Shown: positions 15,779-24,397 of the stretch, piece by piece | How positions within the stretch are numbered: the stretch's first letter is position 1 | How the letters are laid out: every line of letters begins with the position of its first letter | Source of the DNA: a virus | Length of the DNA stretch: 64,000 nt | IMG/VR virus record: IMGVR_UViG_3300032288_005579 | Direction: 5' to 3' (one strand) | The notes under the pieces: model-generated | Database searches by the model: none | Told to the model about the DNA's origin: nothing | Seen by the model: only the letters and a program-made list of their open reading frames with translations | Program-made: the position numbers and the translations under genes

Positions 15779-16882
15779 ATGTTAAAACCAAACAGTTTCG
15801 AAGAGTGTAATTGCGACAGCTTAAGCAAGTACCCGTTGTTTCACTACTTCACGGATTTCGAAAAAGAGAAGTCCATAAAAATAGGAATATGCGCGTTGAT
15901 CGGTAAGATCAGCAAACAGATATCGTCTCACAAGGCGGGTTGGGCGCACATGATCGCCAACCAACTGAAGACGGCGGGTTACGACAACGTGACTGTCATA
16001 AACAGGGTCGAGGACGATTGGTCGAACTACGACGTGATACTCATCGACCACGGCATGGAATACAAAGGCGCGTTCAACATTTTCGGAGGAGCGAACAACG
16101 AGTTATACATGCAGATCTGCAGGTTGTTCAGAATGTCCTACAACACTAGACTGTACTCGCTCAACATCAACATGCCCGATGTATCGGAACTGGTGAAAGT
16201 CAGGTTGAGAACCGGAACTGATCTATTCAAAAAGCTTGAGAGTTCCATAGACAGGATCAAGGACATCTGTTCACGAATACCTCGAATAGACTTCGTGGAC
16301 AGGAGCGACAAACAGATACTCGGCGATTCCCACTCGTTCAGTCTCTACAGACCGGGTTGGAACGTTACTCGCTACGACGGTCTCACTCTTCACGGGGTTT
16401 TGGAACGCCGCATCAGTAATTTCCTGCTTCCGCAAACGAAGAACCTCATGGTTTACTTCGGTAACATCGACGTTCGACACCACCTCATGCGTCAGCAGGA
16501 TCCCATAGCATCGATAGACAAACTCATGGCCGATTACGAGCTTCAGCTCAAGGATCTGAACATGGAATCGATCACTGTGTCTCACGTGTTGCCGGTCGAG
16601 AACGAAAGTCGTAAGATCCCTAAGACGGGTTGGTACAAGAAATCTGCATACTTCGGAACTCAGAAAGATCGTGCAGCGTTGTCGTTCTACATCAACAAGA
16701 AGATAGACGCGATGTGCGAACTCAACGGTTGGTCGGTGTACAAAGTTCCAACGAATTTCTTCAACGCAGAAGGCGAACTCACGTTCGACGTGATGGAGAA
16801 ACCGCAGTCTGTGCACATATCGAGGGAGTTCCACTACTGGGACTACGAAGAGAACAAGCCCAACGCAAGAATAACACAGTAA
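15779..16882 (+). CDS. Protein with SGNH/GDSL-hydrolase-like C-terminal domain
   Basis: ILGDSHS (block I), YFGNID (block III), terminal SVH. Confidence 0.5.
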   Translation: MLKPNSFEECNCDSLSKYPLFHYFTDFEKEKSIKIGICALIGKISKQISSHKAGWAHMIANQLKTAGYDNVTVINRVEDDWSNYDVILIDHGMEYKGAFNIFGGANNELYMQICRLFRMSYNTRLYSLNINMPDVSELVKVRLRTGTDLFKKLESSIDRIKDICSRIPRIDFVDRSDKQILGDSHSFSLYRPGWNVTRYDGLTLHGVLERRISNFLLPQTKNLMVYFGNIDVRHHLMRQQDPIASIDKLMADYELQLKDLNMESITVSHVLPVENESRKIPKTGWYKKSAYFGTQKDRAALSFYINKKIDAMCELNGWSVYKVPTNFFNAEGELTFDVMEKPQSVHISREFHYWDYEENKPNARITQ

Positions 16883-16884
16883 TC

Positions 16885-17895
16885 ATGGACATAGTATACA
16901 ACAACACTTGCGAAGTAGAATTCAAAGGCAAGAAACCCAAAGACAGTTGGATGAAGGATTGGCCGCTCGAGGATCGGGTGGAAAAGTTCTTCGAGTTTTG
17001 CAGAGTATTCGACGATCGACAGGACTCTCTTCTAAACCAAGAGTACCAAATCTTCTCTCACCGCCTGCACTGGCACGAGCATCCCTTCTGTCAGTACATG
17101 CAGAACATTACGGACAACGAGCAGAGGATGTTCCTTACGTTGGTGTTCTCCTTCACTAACGAACACTGGGGGACTTTCATGAAGCTGTACAACGAGGGCG
17201 TCGATGCTACTCGTGAACACTTCGTTGACAACCGACACGCTCGCAACGACCTCTTCCAGATCTATTATCCGAAAGGCACCAACGTAAAAGAGTGGGTGCT
17301 TGATGGTCCTAAAAGAGCTGCGAAGGATTTGAAGTATCTGTTCGACGACATAGAAAAGAGCCAGCACGATTTCAGGGAAAAGCGCAGACCCTATACGATG
17401 ATGGAATTCGCCAAGAAGTTGGAGAAATACTTCAAAGAAAACCAGGGTTTCCGTTCGCCTCTGTACCCGTGCAAGAACACCGCGCGCTACATCGCGATGT
17501 CGTACCCACACTTGGTCGACCCAGAATCCATCCTCTTCGGTGGAACGGGCCACTTTGACGGTCTTCACCAGATATTCGGTGGAACTAACCTAAACGGAAA
17601 GGTGAAGTACAGCATAAACCACAACGGGCAATTCATAGCTGAGAACAAATACGCGCACACTTGGTTGCAGCAGATGGACTACCTTGTGAATCACCCCAAA
17701 AACCCGATGGTGGCTCAGAAGTACCTGAACGTGGAGGATAAGACGTGTTTCTTTTGGAAGCACATAGCCATATCCCACGGGGAGAAGCGGCCAACGAAGA
17801 ACATACCTTACACTTGGATATTCCCGGACAACTTCAGTTTGTCTAACAATTCCCAATTTTTACAGGGTATAGGATCTCGAAATCTTATGTACTAG
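16885..17895 (+). CDS. Putative aGPT-Pplase / amino acid:DNA transferase-like protein (HhH fold)
   Basis: ARYIAMSYPHLVDPESILFGGTGHFDGLHQIFGG resembles the C-terminal motif of aGPT-Pplase clade 1; recognition from memory only. Confidence 0.45.
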   Translation: MDIVYNNTCEVEFKGKKPKDSWMKDWPLEDRVEKFFEFCRVFDDRQDSLLNQEYQIFSHRLHWHEHPFCQYMQNITDNEQRMFLTLVFSFTNEHWGTFMKLYNEGVDATREHFVDNRHARNDLFQIYYPKGTNVKEWVLDGPKRAAKDLKYLFDDIEKSQHDFREKRRPYTMMEFAKKLEKYFKENQGFRSPLYPCKNTARYIAMSYPHLVDPESILFGGTGHFDGLHQIFGGTNLNGKVKYSINHNGQFIAENKYAHTWLQQMDYLVNHPKNPMVAQKYLNVEDKTCFFWKHIAISHGEKRPTKNIPYTWIFPDNFSLSNNSQFLQGIGSRNLMY

Positions 17896-17925
17896 CACAT
17901 ATTTATTGGTATAAATCTGTAATAA

Positions 17926-18444
17926 ATGAAAACCAGGGAAGTAAAAAAATTACAAAAGATCGCGGGCATTTTAAAAGAAAACGCGAACATCGTTTCAGAA
18001 GCTCTTATGAGAATCGAATGGGAAGACCTTGATCACACTGATATCAGCGGTCAGGCCATGGAAATGGAAATTATCGAATTGATCGATAGAGTAGAAGAAA
18101 CAATACAATTCGAATTGACTAACGATGCCACCGTTAGCCAACTGAACCGTGAGAATCCTAGACAGGCCGCTGCACAGATCAGACTACTCATAAAGCGACT
18201 TTGGTTACAAAAAATACAAGAGTGGAGTGCAACGAATAGAGGAATGAACGAGATGTTCGGAGACGATTGGCACCCTGAAACTACGGCCGATACGGTTCAG
18301 GCACCCCAAGCAGGAACTGAGGAAGACGTGTTGGCCGCCATGATCACTGCCCTGCAAGACGCTGGCTTCTCTAAGCAAGACATCGAACAACTTTCTCACA
18401 CCATTTCAAACGATCCAAAAGTATTGGACTTCGGGGATTTTTAA
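17926..18444 (+). CDS. Hypothetical protein, candidate head-internal protein
   Basis: N-terminal REVKKLQKIAGILKE motif; ATATTTAT box at 17899. Confidence 0.65.
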   Translation: MKTREVKKLQKIAGILKENANIVSEALMRIEWEDLDHTDISGQAMEMEIIELIDRVEETIQFELTNDATVSQLNRENPRQAAAQIRLLIKRLWLQKIQEWSATNRGMNEMFGDDWHPETTADTVQAPQAGTEEDVLAAMITALQDAGFSKQDIEQLSHTISNDPKVLDFGDF

Positions 18445-18452
18445 ATATCAAA

Positions 18453-19415
18453 ATGATGAAGAACATAAACCTTTTAAACTTACTAAGCAAAGCTCTTAAA
18501 GAGGCCGAGGAACCAAAACCTGATTCTGAAAAAGCTCCTGTTAAATCAGACCAAGAGGCTGCATCTAAACTGAAGCGTGCTTTTCAGGATCCCAAGGTTT
18601 CTGGTTTCGTGCAAAAGTTTAGAGCGATAGCTCAGGATCCAAAAGTACAGGCCGTACTCGCGGCTGGTAAAGGCGATAAAAAGGGACCTGAGGACGAGCA
18701 GTTAGTTTACGAGAGGGTAATGATACCAGTGTTAAACCTAAAACCTACACAGAACGAGATAGGTTTCGATCAGAGCGTAATGGGTCTTTTGACCGACGAG
18801 TATAAGAGTTTGAAAAGCATACTCGACGGAACCAATCCGGATGTGGGCGGGGAAATCGTAATTTATAACTCTATGTACGTCATAGACGGTCACCACCGTT
18901 GGAGCTCTGTTTTTGCTGGTAATCCTAAAGCAAAGATGGCGGCTTTCAACATAAAGGGTAAGTTAAAACCCACAGAGGTGTTGAAAGCTGTTCACGCAGC
19001 CATCGCTATAATAGCTAAGAGAGTTCCCACTGCAGAGCCGAAGGGCATAAACATCCTGAACGGGATATCTTACGAAAAGGTACTGGAGAAGGTCAACAAG
19101 AATCTATCTAAGGAAGCTAAGACGATTTGGGCGGAAAACGGTCAGAAGAGCAACGAAGAGATCGCAAAGTACATCAACACCAACTTACAGAAATTAATAT
19201 CAATGAACAAACCTGTTCCCGGTGCGCCTGGCAGAATAGACATGCCGCAGACCGACGCTAAAGGTACGGGTGTGATAAAAAATAAGTTAGATTTGCTTTC
19301 GAAAGGCGTGGTGAATTTTAACGAACCCGCTCCAAACGATAAACAAATTAAAGAGACACTGCAGCGCAGGGCAGGCATAAAACTTTCAACTCAAAATGCT
19401 GACAGCGAACAATAA
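18453..19415 (+). CDS. ParB/Sulfiredoxin-like domain protein
   Basis: IPVLNLKPTQNEI...YVIDGHHRWSS. Confidence 0.75.
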   Translation: MMKNINLLNLLSKALKEAEEPKPDSEKAPVKSDQEAASKLKRAFQDPKVSGFVQKFRAIAQDPKVQAVLAAGKGDKKGPEDEQLVYERVMIPVLNLKPTQNEIGFDQSVMGLLTDEYKSLKSILDGTNPDVGGEIVIYNSMYVIDGHHRWSSVFAGNPKAKMAAFNIKGKLKPTEVLKAVHAAIAIIAKRVPTAEPKGINILNGISYEKVLEKVNKNLSKEAKTIWAENGQKSNEEIAKYINTNLQKLISMNKPVPGAPGRIDMPQTDAKGTGVIKNKLDLLSKGVVNFNEPAPNDKQIKETLQRRAGIKLSTQNADSEQ

Positions 19416-19475
19416 ACAAATTAAAGAGGCACTACAACGCAGGGCCGGCATAAAACTTCCAACTCAAAATCCTGA
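19339..19475 (+). repeat. Direct repeat of about 64 bp (19339-19402 and 19412-19475)
   Basis: ATAAACAAATTAAAGAG(A/G)CACT(G/A)CA(G/A)CGCAGGGC(A/C)GGCATAAAACTT(T/C)CAACTCAAAAT(G/C)CTGA. Confidence 0.9.
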
Positions 19476-19752
19476 GGTGCAGAGTTGGCTCTCAACGCCC
19501 ATCGGACAGAAGTACGTTCAACTCGTGCAGATTCTCATGGCTGCAGAGGAAAACATGACCGCTTTCATAGATAGTCACGCAGCTGGAACGCCGATGAGTC
19601 CGAAAGAGAGAGCACAATACATGGCGATTCAAAAGGCTTCCGATAACGCGAACAAGAACGAGATAGCTTTTCGTAGAAAGTACGTCGTTCCGCAGGCAGA
19701 AAAGCTGTTAATGTCTTGGACAGACTTCATGGACGCTGCCAAACAGGCGTAA
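19396..19752 (+). CDS. Hypothetical protein
   Basis: 118 aa, begins with QIKEALQRRAGIK motif. Confidence 0.6.
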   Translation: MLTANNKQIKEALQRRAGIKLPTQNPEVQSWLSTPIGQKYVQLVQILMAAEENMTAFIDSHAAGTPMSPKERAQYMAIQKASDNANKNEIAFRRKYVVPQAEKLLMSWTDFMDAAKQA

Positions 19753-19824
19753 AAAATAACGCGCTGACGGCCAATGAGTTGTGCAACTGATTGGTAACCA
19801 ATAAGAATAATTTTAGGGGGCCTA

Positions 19825-19856
19825 TGTCCGGATATGCAAGATTTCGGTAGTTTTAC
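19825..19856 (+). promoter_or_regulatory. Early-type promoter TGTCCG-N17-TAGTTTTAC
   Basis: Twin of 1587-1618; heads an operon of five small ORFs. Confidence 0.6.
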
Positions 19857-19879
19857 TATGTAATCAATCAATAAAGGTT

Positions 19880-20074
19880 ATGACAACAGTAAGACATTTA
19901 ATGCTAGACCTCACAGACGTAGAAACCGCAGAACAGGCTCAGGACTGGGCGATCGATCTGGACAAAGCGTACAACGCGGGTCTGGTCAGCGAAAAGGCCT
20001 ACGAACTTCTGCAAGGCGAACTTCAAGTCCACGCCCGTTTCGAGAACATTGAACTTACCACCGTTAACCAATAA
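19880..20074 (+). CDS. Hypothetical early protein
   Basis: AATCAATAAAGGTT-ATG leader. Confidence 0.7.
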   Translation: MTTVRHLMLDLTDVETAEQAQDWAIDLDKAYNAGLVSEKAYELLQGELQVHARFENIELTTVNQ

Positions 20075-20079
20075 GAGTC

Positions 20080-20301
20080 ATGAAACACCTCAGCTTATTT
20101 CAAGCCAGCAAAGTAGCGGAGTACATCCGCGCCAACAGCGATCGCTTCCCCTACGCTGCACACGTCGCAAGGGAAATTGAACTCTTCTCGCGCAAGGACG
20201 GTATGGTATACCACTTCGTTGTGAAGGACTCTCTCGGTGATGAGCCGATGCCAGAGATCGAAGCCAACTGTGTAATGTATTTTGAATTAGAAAAAGCCTA
20301 A
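20080..20301 (+). CDS. Hypothetical early protein
   Basis: AACCAATAAGAGTC-ATG leader. Confidence 0.7.
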   Translation: MKHLSLFQASKVAEYIRANSDRFPYAAHVAREIELFSRKDGMVYHFVVKDSLGDEPMPEIEANCVMYFELEKA

Positions 20302-20313
20302 CCAATAAGAGTC

Positions 20314-20520
20314 ATGACAACGATAACCAAACTCAGCAGATACAAAGATAACCTCAGCATCATCAACGAGAACGGGGAGACCTACGTGCAGTCCTACTCA
20401 TCGCGCGTGGCCAAAGTGGAGGGTCCCTTCCTACGCCAACTAGGTTGGTGGAGCACAACCACCCAGAAGCACATCAACTACGCTGCAAGCCAACTGGGAC
20501 TGGAGCTGATCCGTAAGTGA
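20314..20520 (+). CDS. Hypothetical early protein
   Basis: AACCAATAAGAGTC-ATG leader; SYSSRVA..WSTTTQKHINYAA is a widespread small phage family pattern. Confidence 0.7.
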   Translation: MTTITKLSRYKDNLSIINENGETYVQSYSSRVAKVEGPFLRQLGWWSTTTQKHINYAASQLGLELIRK

Positions 20521-20546
20521 GAACGAACCAAAAACAAGCAAAAGCC

Positions 20547-20702
20547 ATGAAAACAGTTTGGAAATCAGTATCGATCGAGGATCTCATCAAAGCTTTGCAA
20601 AAAGCACAAGACACGGGCGCAAAAACTGCCCAAGTCAACGGAACAGTAATGGTTCCCGATAACGGCAATCTCATCTTGATAAGTACAGAAAAACAATCGT
20701 AA
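20547..20702 (+). CDS. Hypothetical early protein
   Basis: From MKTVWKSV. Confidence 0.55.
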   Translation: MKTVWKSVSIEDLIKALQKAQDTGAKTAQVNGTVMVPDNGNLILISTEKQS

Positions 20703-20724
20703 ACGTAATCAACCAATAAAAGTT

Positions 20725-21132
20725 ATGAAACAAGCCAACCTCAAACAGCAAATCGAAGCATTCAAAAACGGTCAGTTCCTCGAGTCAGACGGGGCCGTAG
20801 ACACCGGTTGCTTCAACTTCTACGACTGGTTCTGTAAGGACACCAGCCTCAGGAACAAGGCGCGTCGACTCTTCGGCAACGTCAAGACTTTCCTCAAGCA
20901 CAATCCCGAGATCGATCCGACCAAGTACTACGTGTTCTTCAAGAACAACTGTTCTATGGCCTACGGACTCTACGACGACTTCAGGATCTGCGACATGGAA
21001 ACTCAAGACGTGATTTGGAACGTGACGCCCAGATCAGCACACTCAGGAATGGCCGAGGTGTGGGGCAGAGTCAACGATTTCAAAGCTCCGCTCAAACAGG
21101 CAGAAACTTTCAAAAAGCTGTTTAGCAACTAA
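20725..21132 (+). CDS. Hypothetical early protein
   Basis: AACCAATAAAAGTT-ATG leader; FYDWFC, YVFFKNNC, LYDDFRICD motifs. Confidence 0.75.
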   Translation: MKQANLKQQIEAFKNGQFLESDGAVDTGCFNFYDWFCKDTSLRNKARRLFGNVKTFLKHNPEIDPTKYYVFFKNNCSMAYGLYDDFRICDMETQDVIWNVTPRSAHSGMAEVWGRVNDFKAPLKQAETFKKLFSN

Positions 21133-21230
21133 AACCGTGGATCACAACTCGTTCAACGCTCTGTTCGTCGTGCTCACCGTAATGTCCGCCGTGTTCGTCC
21201 CCATATTAGCCAACAGGCATATTTATAGGC

Positions 21231-21329
21231 ATGACAAAAGCAGAAAAAAAGTACAAAAGCCGTAAGCGCATACAAAAGGTCAATCGCAAGATCAACCAGC
21301 GAAAGGGCATTCACCGAAAGCACACATAA
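21231..21329 (+). CDS. Very basic 32 aa peptide
   Basis: MTKAEKKYKSRKRIQKVNRKINQRKGIHRKHT; ATATTTAT box at 21219. Confidence 0.45.
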   Translation: MTKAEKKYKSRKRIQKVNRKINQRKGIHRKHT

Positions 21330-21357
21330 CATATTTATTTCCATAAACGTAAAACAA

Positions 21358-21648
21358 ATGGCAAGATTACGCGAAGTGAAGAAACTTCAAAAAACCGCGG
21401 GCATTCTTAATGAAAACTTAGGAGCTGCAGAAGCAGCTGATTACAGCGAAGCGGCATTCAACATCGATAAGTTCATGCCAGACGACGAAACAATAGCGAT
21501 GGAGTACTTCAACTTAAAAGATGAGGGTGACGTAGAGCAACTAGTGGGCTTCTTAGAACAAGAGGCTGACATGGAAGTTCTAGACCGTTACATGCCAGAG
21601 GGCGGAACACTAGAGGGATTCGCAGAATACTTGATCAACAATATCTAA
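21358..21648 (+). CDS. Hypothetical protein, candidate head-internal protein
   Basis: REVKKLQKTAGILNE motif; ATATTTAT box at 21331. Confidence 0.65.
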   Translation: MARLREVKKLQKTAGILNENLGAAEAADYSEAAFNIDKFMPDDETIAMEYFNLKDEGDVEQLVGFLEQEADMEVLDRYMPEGGTLEGFAEYLINNI

Positions 21649-21655
21649 GAGAAAT

Positions 21656-22756
21656 TTAGATCTTATCGAATCCGTCTATTATTATGTTAGCCACTTCGCG
21701 TCCGTAAATCGCCTCTATCTCGTCTTTGTTCGCCTTTAAAAACTCCTCTCTGTTGTTCGCATCCGTAGGAGTTCCAATGGAACCAAGTTTCGGAAAAAAC
21801 GCTGGGGCTTTATTTATCACCCAATCGTTTTCCGGTTGGTAGAAGTGTGTGACTATGCCGAAATAAGAAGACAGAGTTGTGTTGTAGTATCTGCACAGTA
21901 GCGTGGCCAAATACGCAAAAATGGCCTCGAACTCTACGTAGTAAGTACCTCCTGGTCTTATGTATCCCACTTCGTAACCGGTCTTAACGTAATCGTTCCA
22001 AAAATCTAGAGCGGTCTTAATTATGTTTATGTCGTGCACGTAGAAACCGTAACCGAATCCGTCAGAAGTCATGCACACGTACTCTTTGATCCCGTCCTCT
22101 TCTCCGGATTGCAATACAGGCATTTTTTCTGGATACGTGTTTATGTCGAAGTTGGGAACGTATTTCTTGAAAAGCTCGTGGAGTTGAGAATCTTTCGACA
22201 GTATCGCGTGTTTTAGTGGATCTGTGGGAGAATCGCCTGTAGGGCCCCAAATATTCGTGATCATGAGGTTGTGTCCCTCTTTGAACTTTTTGGTCAACAA
22301 GTCGAAACCGTTCTTTGTTATTTGTTCGTAACCAGGGAAACCTATCTTGCACCCTATGTCTATGACCATGAATTTTGTGACGTTGTGCTCAATGGCCCAA
22401 CTCATAGCGTATCTGAATATCGCTGAGGGATACCTGTAAGTCTCTTCGGTGTACAACCTTTTGTATTCCATCATGTAGGCTGTTTCGTCCTGTATGTCTA
22501 AGACCCTCTCGTACTTTCTGCTCCATTCGGGACGGTGCTTTTCGAGATCGTCTACTATCAAATTGAAGTTCTCTGGTTTAACATCGTTTAGTAGTTTCGG
22601 GGTATTTGTTAGTACAACCACATTTGTGCCGTCAGGCATGTAGGGAAAGTACTTGATCAACGGCCTAACGTAGTTGTCCCCAGTGAGAACGTAGAAAAAG
22701 TAGAAATCTTTCCAGTCTTCTATGTTGTTAACGAAAAAATCCTTTTTTAGTTCCAT
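21656..22756 (-). CDS. Putative glycosyltransferase-like protein (paralog of 13974..14945)
   Basis: VVLTN..FNL..YP.AIFRYAMSWA.EHNVTK pattern. Confidence 0.4.
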   Translation of the reverse strand: MELKKDFFVNNIEDWKDFYFFYVLTGDNYVRPLIKYFPYMPDGTNVVVLTNTPKLLNDVKPENFNLIVDDLEKHRPEWSRKYERVLDIQDETAYMMEYKRLYTEETYRYPSAIFRYAMSWAIEHNVTKFMVIDIGCKIGFPGYEQITKNGFDLLTKKFKEGHNLMITNIWGPTGDSPTDPLKHAILSKDSQLHELFKKYVPNFDINTYPEKMPVLQSGEEDGIKEYVCMTSDGFGYGFYVHDINIIKTALDFWNDYVKTGYEVGYIRPGGTYYVEFEAIFAYLATLLCRYYNTTLSSYFGIVTHFYQPENDWVINKAPAFFPKLGSIGTPTDANNREEFLKANKDEIEAIYGREVANIIIDGFDKI

Positions 22757-22816
22757 GTATTTTTATGTTTATGGTTACAAAATTAATTTAAGTGAGCTGC
22801 CATGCGCTTTATGGGA

Positions 22817-23335
22817 TCACTTCACCTGGCTGTATAACGTATCTATGGACCCGGAATTGTGATACTCTGGGTTAGACGGATGCAGTTCTGGGTTGGCTTT
22901 AACGTCTCTCTTAAAGAACCTTCCTGCTATCGAATCGTTGTAGGCGTCGGTGTGTAGCACTTCCAACTTAAACTGCCAGTATTCTTCGTAGTAGGTCAAT
23001 TGTTTCTTGGTGAAACACACCTCGAGTATCTCCTTTGTGAAGTGTTTCTGGCCAAGGGATTCTATGTCCCTAAGCAGCGGCACGTTGCTGCCGTTGTACT
23101 CGAGCCAATTGCTCTCTTTGACCACCTTCTTTTTCTTGGGTACCCGACCGGGTTTTTCCCACTCGGAGATCTCCTTCTTCGTGAGCTTTTTCGTGAGCCT
23201 GTTCTGTAGCGATTTTTTCCCTATGTATATCCTTCCGTTGGTGGTGTTCGTGATCATGTACACGAAACCGACTGCTTTATCTGGGAATTGGGAAGCTTCT
23301 GTTATTTCTTTACCTTTGTACAACCATTTATTCAT
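22817..23335 (-). CDS. GIY-YIG nuclease family protein (T4-like conserved)
   Basis: GFVYMITNTTNGRIYIGKK...ESNWLEYNGS...KEILE. Confidence 0.8.
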   Translation of the reverse strand: MNKWLYKGKEITEASQFPDKAVGFVYMITNTTNGRIYIGKKSLQNRLTKKLTKKEISEWEKPGRVPKKKKVVKESNWLEYNGSNVPLLRDIESLGQKHFTKEILEVCFTKKQLTYYEEYWQFKLEVLHTDAYNDSIAGRFFKRDVKANPELHPSNPEYHNSGSIDTLYSQVK

Positions 23336-23342
23336 GCGTTAC

Positions 23343-24080
23343 TTATTTAGTCATTAACTTTTTTACCAAATCAACGTGGCCTTCTCCCGCTATAATGATT
23401 GGGATTTTTCCGCTTGAAGAAATCTCTCTTTGTTTTTTAAGTAAATTAAAATCCCTTGCAAGGTTGAAAGCAACTTGAATGGTATTAACTCCCGTTTCCA
23501 CATCTCCGTTATCTTCGGGAAAAGATAGTCGATAAAGCGTATCTATGTCTTGGGGAGTTGGATCCTGCCAATCCTCTATAGGAGGAAATCCCGCTTTTTT
23601 CGCGGATTGCTGTAAAAAGATCTTGCCTTCTTCATCCAGAAAATGGTTTGGAGACATGGTATCTGTTCCTTCTCCCTGTCCTATCATGCTTGCCCAGTTA
23701 CCGGCTTTTATCTTGCTTTGTGATAGACCTGTTTGATCCCTTTGAGATTTGTACAGATCCGATTGCTCGTTGTGAACGTCTAATTCGTCCCCGTCCCATG
23801 TATCAATGGACGCTCCCATTTCTTCGAATTTTGGGACAGCGTAATTCATCTCGTCGTGAAACTGTAAATCGCCATCTTCGTTATTCGCTCCGCCTTCTCC
23901 AACGAATACAACGTCTTTCCACATTTCTTCTGGAACTGTTTTTTTAACGTAATCTACTATGTCATCGATAGCTTTGTGATCTCTGTGAATAACGCCAAAA
24001 AGATATCCTCCACCACTAAATTTAATGGTTTTAACTGGAGGGGAAGCGACCTCCAACAATATATCCATAAGCTTTATCAT
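23343..24080 (-). CDS. Hypothetical protein
   Basis: Start reassigned to MIKLMDILLE just after ATATTTAT box (24085-24092, minus). Confidence 0.65.
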   Translation of the reverse strand: MIKLMDILLEVASPPVKTIKFSGGGYLFGVIHRDHKAIDDIVDYVKKTVPEEMWKDVVFVGEGGANNEDGDLQFHDEMNYAVPKFEEMGASIDTWDGDELDVHNEQSDLYKSQRDQTGLSQSKIKAGNWASMIGQGEGTDTMSPNHFLDEEGKIFLQQSAKKAGFPPIEDWQDPTPQDIDTLYRLSFPEDNGDVETGVNTIQVAFNLARDFNLLKKQREISSSGKIPIIIAGEGHVDLVKKLMTK

Positions 24081-24091
24081 GGTTATAAATA

Positions 24092-24379
24092 TCAACTGTC
24101 CCAACGAACGACGAAAGTCACATCAGTGTTTGCAGGAATCGGATGAGGAGAGGATAGCTTACCGACCACAAGCAGATCATCCGAGTCGTTATATAGGCCG
24201 ATAGCTGTAGCGTAAGGGTGGAAATCCGATCCAGTAATGGCATTGATGTATGACCCGGTTGTACCAGCTTGGGTCGCGCTGTTGTTTAGTGTGTAATTGA
24301 AATCGTTCTCCGAAACCCTGCACCGAACGGTGTTTTCGTATATCGTTGTTTCTGCAAGAAATCCTAGCGAGTATGACAT
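24092..24379 (-). CDS. Tail-associated protein, C-terminal module only
   Basis: DFNYT...PYATAIGLYNDSDDLLVVGKLSSP matches C-terminus of 31753..32793. Confidence 0.7.
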   Translation of the reverse strand: MSYSLGFLAETTIYENTVRCRVSENDFNYTLNNSATQAGTTGSYINAITGSDFHPYATAIGLYNDSDDLLVVGKLSSPHPIPANTDVTFVVRWDS

Positions 24380-24397
24380 ATTATTTGCTTTAATTTA

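Noticed and set aside
22817-23335. GIY-YIG gene as a mobile homing endonuclease or intron
   Set aside because: No interrupted host gene or intron structure seen; resembles a conserved free-standing T4-like family
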